DNA of 64,000 nucleotides from Desulfobacterales bacterium (GCA_963668645.2 CAXXWC010000010.1:320001-384000); one strand, 5' to 3'. Counted from the first letter of the stretch, positions 1 through 10,958 are shown. Numbers and translations are program-made. The notes: generated by a model from the sequence alone, not told the origin.

Positions 1-2
1 GC

Positions 3-611
3 GTGCCCATGGTCGGGGGGCATTTGCATCCCGATGCGTCCGTGGAAACCCCCGCCCTGAGCGTCGCGATATTGGGCTTTGCCCGCAAGCTGCTGCGCAG
101 CCACCTGGCGGCGGCCGGCGATGATCTTATCCTGGCCGTCGATCTCGAAGGCCGGTTGGGCTGCCGCTCGGTGACGAGCTGGGATGCCAATTCGGGCAAA
201 ACAAGCGAACAGTTATGCCACCGGCTTGAGAGCATGCCGGAAATTGCCGAAAAAAAGCTGGCGGTTGCCGCCAAAGACATCAGCAATGCCGGTATCGTCG
301 GCACCATGGCCATCATGATGGAAAATTCCAACAAGGGCGCCGTCATCGATCTGGATGCGCTTCCCCGGCCCGGCTCCCTCGGGCTGGCGCACTGGCTGCA
401 CTGTTTCCAGAGCTTCGGTTTCGTTCTAGCCGCAGCACCGCAAAACACATCTGAAATCATTAATGTCTTTAAAGATCACGAAATCACTGCGCGCCGTGTG
501 GGCACCGTGAAGGCAGAACCGGTGGTGTCCCTGACGATGAATGGAAAGACAATGCAGGCATTTGATTTCAGGCACGAAGCCATTACCGGGATTCGATGTC
601 TTCTGGCATGA
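3..611 (+). CDS. AIR synthase-related (PurM/SelD-like C-terminal domain) protein, 5'-partial
   Basis: VGGHLHP, AAKDISNAGIVGT and SFGFVL motifs typical of AIR synthase-related proteins; runs off window start. Confidence 0.75.
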   Translation: MPMVGGHLHPDASVETPALSVAILGFARKLLRSHLAAAGDDLILAVDLEGRLGCRSVTSWDANSGKTSEQLCHRLESMPEIAEKKLAVAAKDISNAGIVGTMAIMMENSNKGAVIDLDALPRPGSLGLAHWLHCFQSFGFVLAAAPQNTSEIINVFKDHEITARRVGTVKAEPVVSLTMNGKTMQAFDFRHEAITGIRCLLA

Positions 612-1423
612 ACACAAACGGCGCCCCCGCATCCATGGGGGGCAAAAAAGCTGCGAAATCGATTCGGCCATTGGCCCGGCAATGGATCCCCCTGGCAGTG
701 GTGCTGGGACTTTGGCAGATGATTTGCTCGACGCATCTGATTTCGCCTGTCAAGCTGCCATCGCCGCTTTCGGTTGTAAGGGGCCTGCAGGATCTCATTC
801 AGTTGGGAATGCCCCCGGGCCACCCGCTGCATCTGCATGTGCTCCACAGCCTGTTTCGGATTGCCTACGGCTACGCGGTTGCCGTGGCGGTCGGCCTGCC
901 TCTGGGCGTTTTGATGGGATGGTCGCGTTTTTTGCGGCAATCTTTGGAGCCTGTTATTGAAGCCATTCGCCCCATCCCTCCCCTGGCCTGGATTCCCATC
1001 GCGATTCTCTGGTTCGGAATCGGCATTCATTCAGCGTCTTTTATCATCTTTCTGGGGGCCTTTTTTCCCATCTTGCTCAACACCACCTCCGGCGTTCAAC
1101 GGGTCGATCCGCTGCTGATCGATGCGGCCCGAACGTTGAACGCTTCCTGCCGGGACATTTTGTTCAAGGTGCTGCTTCCCGGAGCGATTCCATCCATCGT
1201 TACCGGCTTGCGAATCGGACTCGGGACCGGTTGGATGACCCTGGTGGCGGCAGAGTTTACCGGTGTCAAAAAAGGATACGGGTTGGGCTACATGATCATG
1301 ACCGCCAGGGAAATTCAGCGCCCCGATGAAATTGTCGCCGGCATGCTGGTGATCGGTGCCATCGGCCTGCTCATCGATCACAGCATCCGCTGGGCAGAGT
1401 CGAGGTGGGTGAAATGGCGCTGA
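608..1423 (+). CDS. ABC transporter permease, NitT/TauT/SsuC family
   Basis: RPIPPLAWIP and DAARTL..A (EAA loop) motifs, multiple TM segments; ATG overlaps upstream stop. Confidence 0.92.
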   Translation: MNTNGAPASMGGKKAAKSIRPLARQWIPLAVVLGLWQMICSTHLISPVKLPSPLSVVRGLQDLIQLGMPPGHPLHLHVLHSLFRIAYGYAVAVAVGLPLGVLMGWSRFLRQSLEPVIEAIRPIPPLAWIPIAILWFGIGIHSASFIIFLGAFFPILLNTTSGVQRVDPLLIDAARTLNASCRDILFKVLLPGAIPSIVTGLRIGLGTGWMTLVAAEFTGVKKGYGLGYMIMTAREIQRPDEIVAGMLVIGAIGLLIDHSIRWAESRWVKWR

Positions 1424-2175
1424 GCCTCACGCTTTTGGGGCTGGACAAAGTTTACCCGGACAGCTCCGGCAACGATTCGAGAAGGATATTTGAACCGATC
1501 GACTTTGAAATCAAAGAGGGAGAATTTTTATCCATCATCGGTCCGAGCGGCTGCGGCAAAACGACCCTGCTGCGCATTATCGCCGGCCTGGAGACGCCCA
1601 CCGCCGGAGAAGTGCGCATCAACGGGACGCCCATCGCCGGTGTGGACCACCGCGTCGGAATGGTATTTCAAGAGTATGCGCTCTACCCTTGGCGTACGGC
1701 CTTTCAAAACATTGCCCTAGGCCTTGAAATTCAGGGCGTCCCGTGCAGGCAGCGCCGGCAGTTGGTTCACCGCTATATCGAAGCCTTCGGTCTGGGCGGA
1801 TTCGAAAATGAATATCCCCGCAAGCTTTCAGGCGGCATGCGCCAGCGGGTAGCCATTGCCCGCACCCTGATTACCCGGCCTCAGATCGTTCTCATGGACG
1901 AGCCGTTCGGGTCTCTGGACAGCCAAACACGGAACGATCTTCAGGAATTTTTATTAATGGTGTGGGGCGACCAGCGGGAAACCATCGTGTTCGTCACCCA
2001 CAATGTGGATGAGGCCGTTTTCCTGAGCGACCGGATTATCATCCTTTCCAGGCGCCCTGCCCGCATTTTGGACGTCGTCAATATTGAAATCCCCCGCCCG
2101 CGGGACAGAACCGGCAGAGAATCGAACCGGTTCCGCCGGCAGATTCTCCAACTGCTGGCGCGACATCAACAATGA
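1414..2175 (+). CDS. ABC transporter ATP-binding protein, NitT/TauT family
   Basis: Walker A GPSGCGKT, LSGGMRQR signature, MDEPF, VTH. Confidence 0.95.
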   Translation: MALSLTLLGLDKVYPDSSGNDSRRIFEPIDFEIKEGEFLSIIGPSGCGKTTLLRIIAGLETPTAGEVRINGTPIAGVDHRVGMVFQEYALYPWRTAFQNIALGLEIQGVPCRQRRQLVHRYIEAFGLGGFENEYPRKLSGGMRQRVAIARTLITRPQIVLMDEPFGSLDSQTRNDLQEFLLMVWGDQRETIVFVTHNVDEAVFLSDRIIILSRRPARILDVVNIEIPRPRDRTGRESNRFRRQILQLLARHQQ

Positions 2176-2440
2176 GGCCGAACGCCGTTTTGCTTCGAGG
2201 CTACCTCCGGGATAGAAACAGCAGGCAGGCGATAACGACGCTTACGGTCAAAAGAAGTCCTGAAACCACTTCAGGAGAAAAAAGTGACGTCAAGACAGCG
2301 ACCGTACTTCCCACCGCGATGGCGCTTTGACCGCTGGTCATCTTTTCCTCCTTTGCTGCCGCGGCCCGGCTGCCCGCACCGGCCCTGGTCGGATCCACCC
2401 CGCAGCGTTAAACGGACCCATCTGAGCGCTGCCGCGCTGG

Positions 2441-4404
2441 CTTGGGTTTGGGATTTGTAGGCAAAAAACACCTCCGAAATTCGGCTCTTCCCAAATTCGC
2501 ACCCAATAAAAACAATTAGTTACAAAAAATCGAGCCGTTTTTTGAGCCCAAATGCTGTAGGCACACGAATTTGCGGTTTAGGCCTTGACATAAAATATTT
2601 CAAACGCTATGTGAGTAAGCATGTACCTGCGAATCACAAAGCGCACCAATAAGGACGGCTCAACGGTCGAATACTTCCAACTGGCCCACAACGAGCGCGA
2701 TCCCAAAACCCGCAAGCCGGTCGCCAAAATCATCCACAACTTCGGGCGCACCGATCAACTCGATCGCGCTCAACTTGTGCGCCTGTGCCGATCCATCGCA
2801 CGGGTCTGCGGCCTGACCGTCACCGATCCGCTCGAAAACGACCAGGCGGTCTCGGCACTGGCTGACAGCCTCAAAATTCAAGAAACCCTCGCCTTCGGCT
2901 GCCCGCTGGTTATCGAAACCCTCTGGGAACAGTTGGGGCTTCGAAAGACCTTGGCCGACATCGTCAAGGCCAAAGGGGTCCGCATCAACTACGAACGGGC
3001 CCTATTGGCCATGACCGCCAACCGGCTCTGTGAGCCTGAATCCAAGCTGGGCGTCTGGGATCGCTGGCTGTCCACGGTTTACCTGCCGTCATGCGACGGG
3101 CTGAAGCTCGATCACATGTACGAGGCCATGGATCTGCTTCACGAACATGCGGCCGAGATCGAAAAAAACGTCTTTTTTCATACCGCCAACCTGTTCAACC
3201 TCACCGTGGATCTGATCTTCTACGACACCACCACGGCCTCGTTCCATGTCGACCAGGAAGATGACGGTGACCGGCACGCCAACGCCACAATGCGCAAGTT
3301 TGGCCGCAACAAGGAAGGCACTTGGTCGCCCCAAGTCGTCGTGGCCCTGGCCGTGACTCGCGAAGGCATCCCGGTGCGCAGTTGGGTGCTGCCGGGCAAC
3401 ACGGCCGATGTGGCCACCGTCGAAAAGATCCGCACCGATCTGCGGGGCTGGAATCTGGGCCGGGCCCTGTTTGTCGCCGACGCGGGCATGAATTCGCAGA
3501 CCAACCGCGAAGAATTGGCCCGGGCATGCGGCAAGTACCTTCTGGCCTGCCGGATGGCCAGCGTGGCCGAAATCAAACGCGATGTGCTGAGCAAACGCGG
3601 CCGCTACACCGTCATCCGAGACAACCTGCACGCAAAAGAAGTCATCGTTGGCGACGGCGAAAGGCGCAAGCGCTACATCCTGTGCTACAACCCCAAGGAA
3701 GCCAAACGCCAGCGGCTACACCGTGAAACGATCGTTCAGATGCTCGAAACCGAACTCGATCGGCACCCGGACCCATCGGCCACGGCTCAGTGGGCGATCG
3801 AGCTGTTGGCCTCGGCGCGCTTCAAGCGGTATCTGCGCATCACCAAGGGCAACCAGGTCCGAATCGACCGGGCGGCCATCAAGGCGGCGGCCAAGTACGA
3901 TGGCAAATGGGTGGTGGAAACCAACGACGATACCATCAGCCTTGAAGACGCCGTCTGCGGGTACAAAGGGTTGATGGTCATCGAGCGCTGCTTTCGCTCG
4001 CTCAAGCGCACCCAGATCAAGATGATGCCGATGTACCACTGGGCCTCGCGGCGCATTGAGGCCCATGTGAAGATCTGTGTGCTGGCGCTGATGATCGAGC
4101 GGGTGGCCGAACTCGAATGCGGCCTGCCCTGGCACCGAATTCGCCGGTCGCTGGACAAGCTGCAAGTCACAAAACTTTTCAATTTAAATTACCGTGTGCT
4201 TATGCGCAACGAGATCCCCGTGAAAACTGCCAACATACTGAAAGCGCTTAAAATCAAATCTCCGCAGCAGGTCCTTTCACTGGAAAATCGGCCCTAAAAA
4301 GGGGCGAAAATTGTAGACACACGCTGAATTTCATTCATCGCCACAGATGCGCGTCAGATAAGGGTTTGCTCCAATTCCGTGTTCCTACGTTTCCCAAACC
4401 CAAG
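2441..4404 (+). mobile_element. IS1634-family insertion sequence, apparently intact
   Basis: Terminal IRs CTTGGGTTTGGGAtttGTAGG / CCTACgttTCCCAAACCCAAG; 5-bp target duplication GCTGG at 2436-2440 and 4405-4409. Confidence 0.92.
2621..4297 (+). CDS. IS1634-family DDE transposase
   Basis: FYDTT, FVADAG and YKGLMVIERCFRSLK motifs; 558 aa. Confidence 0.93.
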   Translation: MYLRITKRTNKDGSTVEYFQLAHNERDPKTRKPVAKIIHNFGRTDQLDRAQLVRLCRSIARVCGLTVTDPLENDQAVSALADSLKIQETLAFGCPLVIETLWEQLGLRKTLADIVKAKGVRINYERALLAMTANRLCEPESKLGVWDRWLSTVYLPSCDGLKLDHMYEAMDLLHEHAAEIEKNVFFHTANLFNLTVDLIFYDTTTASFHVDQEDDGDRHANATMRKFGRNKEGTWSPQVVVALAVTREGIPVRSWVLPGNTADVATVEKIRTDLRGWNLGRALFVADAGMNSQTNREELARACGKYLLACRMASVAEIKRDVLSKRGRYTVIRDNLHAKEVIVGDGERRKRYILCYNPKEAKRQRLHRETIVQMLETELDRHPDPSATAQWAIELLASARFKRYLRITKGNQVRIDRAAIKAAAKYDGKWVVETNDDTISLEDAVCGYKGLMVIERCFRSLKRTQIKMMPMYHWASRRIEAHVKICVLALMIERVAELECGLPWHRIRRSLDKLQVTKLFNLNYRVLMRNEIPVKTANILKALKIKSPQQVLSLENRP

Positions 4405-4538
4405 GCTGGGAAGTGTGGGCATTTGAAAGGGACCGAGCGGTCCGGGCATCGGCCGCTGAAACCTGGGTTTGGGAAACGCAGGATACTTGATTTCAACCGG
4501 TTGCGTTCCAGGAGATACCGGGCTCGGTGACGCTCGAC

Positions 4539-5270
4539 TCAAAAGGCCGAGCGGGCGTTCTTGGCGCGCTCTTTGGCCGCGGTGTCCGCCTCACGGACCA
4601 AAACGGTCTCGATGTTGGCCACGAAGTAGATGCGGATGAGGTACTCGGGCTGCCCCAACCGATTGCGCCGCGGCAGGACCACCAGACGGTCGCCCTGCTT
4701 TTCCCAGTGCAGTATGGGACCGGTGACATCCTCGATTTGCTGGGCAGGGCCATACTTTCCTTTGAGCACCTCGATGATTTCGGCGCCGGCCTGATTGGCG
4801 GTGATCTCAAAGTGCAGGGGGTGACCGGAGCCGGTATCGAAGACCAGGCGCACGGTTTCAAAGGCCGGGCTGGTCCGGCCGGGATAGCGGTACACCAGCT
4901 TGAGCACATCGTGCTCGACGCGCTCGCGGTAGTCCTTGTTGAGCCGCCGGTTGAGCCGGTCGAGGACCGGCAGATGCTCGGCCAGCAGCCGGCGCCCGTC
5001 CGAGGCCAGATCGAGGATGCCGCGCCGTTCCACCGCCACGGCCCCCAATTCGCCCTCGAGACGCCCGCGGATCGTGTCATCTATCACCGTGTTGCGACCC
5101 AGGTTGAAAAAAGTAAAACTTTCAGCCCGTCCGGCCGCCGGTGGCGAAGACTGGGCCCCCTCCTTGCCGCACCCGGTCAAGATGATCAGCCCGGCGATCA
5201 AAATAACGGTTATCCAGGCGGGAGAGAGGTCGAGGCGAGACTCGGCGCGATGGTGTTTTAACTGGTGCAA
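4539..5270 (-). CDS. Hypothetical lipoprotein
   Basis: Hydrophobic stretch ending in lipobox LTGC; exact start uncertain. Confidence 0.6.
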   Translation of the reverse strand: MHQLKHHRAESRLDLSPAWITVILIAGLIILTGCGKEGAQSSPPAAGRAESFTFFNLGRNTVIDDTIRGRLEGELGAVAVERRGILDLASDGRRLLAEHLPVLDRLNRRLNKDYRERVEHDVLKLVYRYPGRTSPAFETVRLVFDTGSGHPLHFEITANQAGAEIIEVLKGKYGPAQQIEDVTGPILHWEKQGDRLVVLPRRNRLGQPEYLIRIYFVANIETVLVREADTAAKERAKNARSAF

Positions 5271-5397
5271 AGCAACCCTCCGGTCAGTTCCCCATGGCTT
5301 GGCACTTTCGGTTCAACATACCATAGCCATCGAGTTTCGAACAACAACCGGGACCTCGGGCACGCATACAGCACCGGGATAAACAAATCCCGGGGCG

Positions 5398-6255
5398 TCA
5401 AACGCCCCCCGAGAGCCGGTCCATGCGCCGATAGTGAAAATAGAGTCCCACCCCGGCGCCGATCATCCCCAGGCAGAGCAGTTGTCCCATGGAAAAGCTC
5501 AGTAAAACGAAACCGAGATGGGCATCCGGTTCGCGAAAATATTCGATGAAGAACCGCACCACGCCGTAGCCGGTAAGGTAGAAGGCCAGCATGGCGCCCC
5601 GGGTTGAAACCCGGCGCCGCAGCCCCCATAAAACCACAAAAAGCATCAACCCCTCGAAGAAGGCTTCGTACAATTGGGAGGGGTGGCGCAGCGCCATCTC
5701 CGGGGCCGCCGGGAAATACATCCCCACCGGCAGTTGGGTGATGCGCCCGAACAGCTCTCCGTTGATGAAGTTGCCCAGACGGCCGAAGGTATAACCCAGG
5801 GGAACGGCCGGGGCGAAAAGATCGGCCACTTCGCGGTAGTCGATCCCCTTGCGCCGGACGTAAAACCAGACGCCCAGCAGCACGGCGATCAGTCCGCCGT
5901 GAAACGACATCCCGGCAATCCCGGTAAACTCGAATCCCCCGGCCAGGCGGAAGGGAAGAATAATCTCCAGCGGATGGCGCAGGTAATAGTGCAGATTGTA
6001 AAACAGGACATATCCGAGCCGGCCGCCCACGATGACGCCCACGATCATGACCGTAAACAGGTCCTGGACCTGCTCCAGGCTCAGGCCGAAGCGTGTTTCG
6101 GTGCGCAGCCGGCGGCGCACCAGCAGGTAGGTGCATCCAAAGGCCAGAAGGTACATCAGACCGTAGTACTGCACGCGAAAGCCGCCGATCTGAAACAAAA
6201 CCGGGTTCATGCCGGAAGGCAAATGCTGCCACCAGCGCCAAAACTCGGCGGTCAT
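5398..6255 (-). CDS. lgt: Prolipoprotein diacylglyceryl transferase
   Basis: YYGLMY, GGRLGYVLFY, GMSFHGG, GRLGNFINGELFGR, HPSQLYE motifs. Confidence 0.97.
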   Translation of the reverse strand: MTAEFWRWWQHLPSGMNPVLFQIGGFRVQYYGLMYLLAFGCTYLLVRRRLRTETRFGLSLEQVQDLFTVMIVGVIVGGRLGYVLFYNLHYYLRHPLEIILPFRLAGGFEFTGIAGMSFHGGLIAVLLGVWFYVRRKGIDYREVADLFAPAVPLGYTFGRLGNFINGELFGRITQLPVGMYFPAAPEMALRHPSQLYEAFFEGLMLFVVLWGLRRRVSTRGAMLAFYLTGYGVVRFFIEYFREPDAHLGFVLLSFSMGQLLCLGMIGAGVGLYFHYRRMDRLSGGV

Positions 6256-6289
6256 AAACGCCTCGCTTCCTTTTCATAGCGCAAGCTTG

Positions 6290-7534
6290 TCAATAGAGAA
6301 TGCCCACCACGCATCCGGTCATGGCGGTGGCCAGGGTCCCGGCCACGATGCTGCGCAGTCCCAGGGCCACGATTTCGTCCCGTCGCTCCGGCGCCATGGT
6401 GCTCAGCCCGCCGATCATGATCCCCAGACTGCCCGGGTTGGCGAATCCGCACATGGCATAGGTCATGATCAGCGTGCTGCGTTCGCTTAGGGTCCCCGGC
6501 GCCAGACGGCTAAGATCCAGATAGGCGATGAATTCGTTGAGAATCGTCTTTGTGCCCATCAGCACCGCGGCGCTGGGAGCCTCGGCCCAGGGCACCCCCA
6601 TGAGCCACACCAGGGGGGCCATGATCCACCCGAGCATCCGCTGCAGGCTCAGCTGCGCTCCGGCCACTGCGGGCAAAAGCCCCAGCATCAAATTGACCAG
6701 ATGCACCAGGGCCACCAGCACCACCAGCATGGCTGCGATGTTGATGACCAGCCCCACACCCTGGATGGTGCCCCGGGTAACGGCGTCCATGCTCGAACGG
6801 GCCGGATCCGGGTCGGTGAGGGCACCGGGAGTCAGGGGACGGGTTTCAGGGATCATGATCTTGGCCATGGTCACCGCAGCGGGCATGCTGATGATCGAGG
6901 CCGTCAGGATGTGGCCCATCACGTCGGGGATCGCATCCGAAAGGATGCTGGCGTACAGAACCATCACGGTGCCGGCGATGGTGGCCATGCCGCTGGTCAT
7001 GAGGGTGAATATCTCCGAGCGCGTCATGTGGGCCAGGTAGGGACGCACCAGCAACGGGGCCTCCACCATACCGACAAAAACATTGGCCGCCACCGCCACG
7101 CCTTCGGTCCCCCCGATCCCCAGGCTCTTTTGCAGGACCCGGGCAAAACCGCGCACCACCAGGGGCAGAATCCGCCAGTGGAACAGCAGGGCCGACAACG
7201 CGCTCATCACAACGATCAGGGGCAGGCCCTGAAACCCGAGGATGTAGCTGCTGCCGGGAAACTTTTCATCGAAGGGCAGTTCCCCGCCCCCGATGTAGCC
7301 GAAGACGAAGGCGGTGCCGGCTCGGGTGGCCTCTTCGAGAGATAGCACCAGGCGGTTGAGCATCAGGAAAAGATCCTGGAACAACGGCACCTTGATCAAT
7401 ACCAGACCCACCGCCAGCTGCAGCAGAATCCCCGCCAGGATGGTCCGCAGGCGCACCTTGCGCCGGCCCTCGCTCAAGGCCCAGGCGATGGCGCTGAAGG
7501 CGATCAGCCCCAGAAAACTTTGCAAAATGGACAA
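6290..7534 (-). CDS. Concentrative nucleoside transporter (NupC/CNT family)
   Basis: ANVFVGMVEAPL, MATIAG, GTKTILNEFIAY, CGFAN motifs. Confidence 0.93.
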   Translation of the reverse strand: MSILQSFLGLIAFSAIAWALSEGRRKVRLRTILAGILLQLAVGLVLIKVPLFQDLFLMLNRLVLSLEEATRAGTAFVFGYIGGGELPFDEKFPGSSYILGFQGLPLIVVMSALSALLFHWRILPLVVRGFARVLQKSLGIGGTEGVAVAANVFVGMVEAPLLVRPYLAHMTRSEIFTLMTSGMATIAGTVMVLYASILSDAIPDVMGHILTASIISMPAAVTMAKIMIPETRPLTPGALTDPDPARSSMDAVTRGTIQGVGLVINIAAMLVVLVALVHLVNLMLGLLPAVAGAQLSLQRMLGWIMAPLVWLMGVPWAEAPSAAVLMGTKTILNEFIAYLDLSRLAPGTLSERSTLIMTYAMCGFANPGSLGIMIGGLSTMAPERRDEIVALGLRSIVAGTLATAMTGCVVGILY

Positions 7535-7567
7535 GATATCCCCTTTAGCAATCCGGAATGACCGCGA

Positions 7568-9436
7568 CTAGTCATTCTTCTTTTCAAAGCCAATTCGCAG
7601 CGCATAAGCCCCCGCATCCAGGTGCGCCTGCACCGCATAGCCGCCCTTTTCGAAGACTTTCATCATCGCCTTGTTGCTGGCCAGCACATCGGCGGTGAAC
7701 CCTTTGACGCCCCGTTGCATGGCCAGCCGGATCAGCATGCGATACATATAGGTGGCGATGCCCAGCCCTTCGTGGTCGCCGTCCACCACGAAGGCCACAT
7801 CGGCCCAGTGGGTGTCGGCGTCCATCACATAACGCGCCTCGGCGATGATCCGCCCGTGGCCCGGCGACCCCACCAGCCCCACCAGGGAAAGGGCACGCCC
7901 GTAGTCGATGTTCACGTACTGCTGCATCCGGCAATGGGGCATGGTCTTGATGGGTGCAAAGTAGCGATAGTAAACCGCCTGGTCGGAAAAGCGGTAAAAA
8001 AGGCGGCGCATCTCCTCTTCGTCCGAAGGCCGGATGGCGCGAAAGCGGACCCGCACCCCGCCTTTGAAGGAATGGTCGGTGGCGATTTCACTCGGATACC
8101 GGTGCGCGCTGCCGGCCAGGTAGATCTGGTCAGGGTAGATGATCCGGGCCGCCTTGGCCGCCTCGATCAACCCGGCGCGGTCGTCCGGGTGGGCGATGTC
8201 GATGAGGGCCTGGGCCCGTTCGCGCACCGTGCGCCCGGCCAGCATGGCCACCCCGCACTCGGTGACCACCATGTCCACCGCCTCGCGCAGGGAAACCTGA
8301 TTGGGCATGGATTCCACCGAAACCCGGATATTCGGCTCACCTGTGCGGTTGCGGCTCGGCAGGGCGAAGATCACCCGGCCGCCTGGAGACATTTCCGCCC
8401 CGTTGAAAAAATCCATCATCTCTCCGGGCCGGCCCACCACGTTGCCCTTGCCCACATTCAGGGCGATACGCCCGGAAAGATCCACCCTGCGGGCGGGAAA
8501 AACGGCCACGAATTGACGGTTGAGGCCTATTTTACGCGGATCGAAGACGCGATCGATCCCCTGAAATTCCACCAGCGGGTTGTGATCCAGCCAGGCCATC
8601 AGTTCCCGGGTGCCGAAGGCGTAGCTGGCCACGCTTTTGCCGCGGAAAACCTCCTTGCGCCGGTTGCTCACCGCGCCGCTGCGCACCAGATGCATCAAGG
8701 CATCGGTAAAAAAAGGCGTTTGTATGCCCAGATGGCGACGGCGCACCAGTTGGCGGGCCAGTGCGTCGTAAAGCGGACCGATGGAAAAGGCCAGGCAACT
8801 GCCGTCTTCCACCACCGAAGCCACGTTGGCGGCCACCTGCTCGAAGACCGGCTCCACCGGCCAGGGGTCGAAGTAAAACGGGGGCTGATCCGCTGCCACG
8901 AGAAGATCGAACTCGTCGATGGGTACAAAGGTGTCGCCGAAGGTGACCGGCACCTCGGGATTGATCTCGCCCACCACCAGCTCGGCGCGTTCCATGGCCT
9001 GGCGGGCCGTGTCCACCGCCACCCCCAGGCTGCAGTAACCCGCCTCGTCCGGAGGGGTGATCTGGACAAAGGCGACATCCACCGCGATGCGCCCCGAGGC
9101 CAGCAGATGCGGGATGCGCGAAAAGCGGCTCGGAATCAGGTCCACCTGGCCGGCGGTGATGGCATCGTCGGCCACCCAGCCGGAAAAAAAGGTCTTGAGC
9201 CGATACTTCTGGGACTGGATCGATTCGAGGCTGATGGCCTCACCCAGGCTCACCAGCTGGATCAGTTCCAGATCGAGCAGGTTGTCGGCCCTGGAGGCCA
9301 TCAGGTGCTGAACCAGGGTGCGCGGTTCGGCCACCCCGGTGCCCACGAAAATGCTCATGCCCGGTTCGATGCGCGCCAGAACGGCCTCGGGCGGGCTGCA
9401 GCGCTTGCGCCAGGATTCATTTTGTCGGAATTTCAT
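7568..9436 (-). CDS. Acetyl-CoA hydrolase/CoA-transferase fused to a C-terminal GNAT acetyltransferase
   Basis: PPDEAGYCSLGV, VVTECGVA, ALIDIAHPDDR; C-terminal GNAT with EGLGIAT and N..M..VFEK. Confidence 0.88.
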   Translation of the reverse strand: MKFRQNESWRKRCSPPEAVLARIEPGMSIFVGTGVAEPRTLVQHLMASRADNLLDLELIQLVSLGEAISLESIQSQKYRLKTFFSGWVADDAITAGQVDLIPSRFSRIPHLLASGRIAVDVAFVQITPPDEAGYCSLGVAVDTARQAMERAELVVGEINPEVPVTFGDTFVPIDEFDLLVAADQPPFYFDPWPVEPVFEQVAANVASVVEDGSCLAFSIGPLYDALARQLVRRRHLGIQTPFFTDALMHLVRSGAVSNRRKEVFRGKSVASYAFGTRELMAWLDHNPLVEFQGIDRVFDPRKIGLNRQFVAVFPARRVDLSGRIALNVGKGNVVGRPGEMMDFFNGAEMSPGGRVIFALPSRNRTGEPNIRVSVESMPNQVSLREAVDMVVTECGVAMLAGRTVRERAQALIDIAHPDDRAGLIEAAKAARIIYPDQIYLAGSAHRYPSEIATDHSFKGGVRVRFRAIRPSDEEEMRRLFYRFSDQAVYYRYFAPIKTMPHCRMQQYVNIDYGRALSLVGLVGSPGHGRIIAEARYVMDADTHWADVAFVVDGDHEGLGIATYMYRMLIRLAMQRGVKGFTADVLASNKAMMKVFEKGGYAVQAHLDAGAYALRIGFEKKND

Positions 9437-9659
9437 GGCTACCTCATGGCCCTTGCGGTCTGAACGTGCCGACCCTGCGGGATCCGGTCATTGATGTCAA
9501 TCGTCAACCGTTCGGATTCACGCCAGTCCCGGACTCTCGGCCCGAATGCATTGGTAATAAAACGGCGCTTGGCGAACCGCAAGTCCAGACTTGCTTCGGG
9601 CCGTGAAGTATGGTGTCATGATGCATCGCGCACGATGACGATAGAGGCATCCGCTTTCG

Positions 9660-10958
9660 ATGAACCGGCCCCCGAAAAAGGACCCCAGGGCGGCCGAAAG
9701 CCGGTCCTTGCATCAAGGCCGCAGGACGCCGGTCTTCTATATCCGGCTCGGCAACGCCCTGAATCGCGGCGGTTTCCCACGCCGGGCAGTGGCCGCCTAC
9801 GATCAGGCTCTGAAGCAGGTCCCCGGGTCGCGCACCGCTTTGCGCAACCGGGCCTTGACCCTGCTGGGCATGGGTCGGATCGATGAAGCGGCCCGGACCT
9901 TGCACCGGGTGGCGGAACTGGCATCTGGAGACGGGCAGATCCATTTTGAAATCGGCATACTGCTTTACCGCCAGGGCCGCCTTAAGCAAGCCGCCGTCCA
10001 TTTGCAGCAAGCCGCCTGCCTGGGGCCTTATCACGGCCGCGCCTGGAAGCGTCTGGGCGATGTCCTCAAGCTGATGGGCGAAGCCGGCCGGGCCCTGCAA
10101 GCCTACCAGCACGCAACGAAATACCTGCCGGGGCAGGCGGCGGTATATTACAGCCTCGGCACGACCCTTAACGCCCTGGGCCGCCGCAAGGAGGCCGCGG
10201 GTCAACTGACTCGCGCCCTGAAGCTCAATCCCCACCATGCATCGGCCCGTTATCTGCTTTGCGCCTTGCAGGGACACACTCCTCCCCGCGCGCCGAACGC
10301 CTATGTGCGCCGGCTCTTCGATCGCTACGCGGTCCGTTTCGACCGGCATATGCGCGGTCCTTTGGCTTACAAGGTGCCGGCCCGTCTGGCCAAGGAGCTG
10401 GCCAGGCGGCGCGGCGGCCGGCGCATTTACCGCAACGGGCTCGATCTGGGCTGCGGTACCGGTCTGACCGGAGAGGTGCTGCGCCCCTGGACCCGGCGCC
10501 TGACCGGGGTCGACATCTCCCCTGCGATGCTTGCCGAGGCCCGCAGCAAAAAAATCTATGACCGGCTGGCATGCCAGGATATCGTCATCTTTCTCGACAA
10601 GGCCGCAGAGCACTTCGATCTGATCGTCGCCGCGGACGTTTTGATCTACATCGGCGACATCCAGCCGTTGTTCGCCGCTGCAAGCCGCCGCCTGAGCCCG
10701 GCAGGGCGCTTGATGGTCTCCACCGAGGCCACCCGGTGCCACCCTTTTCGCCTGCGGTGCACTGGCCGTTTCGCCCACCACCCCGGTTATGTTTCGGACC
10801 TGGCGGCCAAGGCCGGATTTGAAATCGAAAAAAAGCGCCGCCTGGCGATCCGCCAGGAACACGACCGTATGGTCCACGGCGATCTGTTTATCTTCGCCCG
10901 CAAACCGAATCGTTTGCCTTGCCCGGGGGCATTTGATAGATTTTTGAACAACCTGTGA
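9660..10958 (+). CDS. TPR-repeat protein with class I SAM methyltransferase domain
   Basis: N-terminal TPR repeats; LFDRYA..FD, LDLGCGTG, GVDISPAML, AADVLIY. Confidence 0.88.
   Translation: MNRPPKKDPRAAESRSLHQGRRTPVFYIRLGNALNRGGFPRRAVAAYDQALKQVPGSRTALRNRALTLLGMGRIDEAARTLHRVAELASGDGQIHFEIGILLYRQGRLKQAAVHLQQAACLGPYHGRAWKRLGDVLKLMGEAGRALQAYQHATKYLPGQAAVYYSLGTTLNALGRRKEAAGQLTRALKLNPHHASARYLLCALQGHTPPRAPNAYVRRLFDRYAVRFDRHMRGPLAYKVPARLAKELARRRGGRRIYRNGLDLGCGTGLTGEVLRPWTRRLTGVDISPAMLAEARSKKIYDRLACQDIVIFLDKAAEHFDLIVAADVLIYIGDIQPLFAAASRRLSPAGRLMVSTEATRCHPFRLRCTGRFAHHPGYVSDLAAKAGFEIEKKRRLAIRQEHDRMVHGDLFIFARKPNRLPCPGAFDRFLNNL

Noticed and set aside
2201..2398. Small hydrophobic ORF next to IS1634
   Set aside because: Short, no recognisable motif or clear start signal; cannot be supported as a gene.
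7786..7794. Another CCACGAAGG 9-mer
   Set aside because: Inside a coding sequence, with no partner hairpin or terminator; likely chance.
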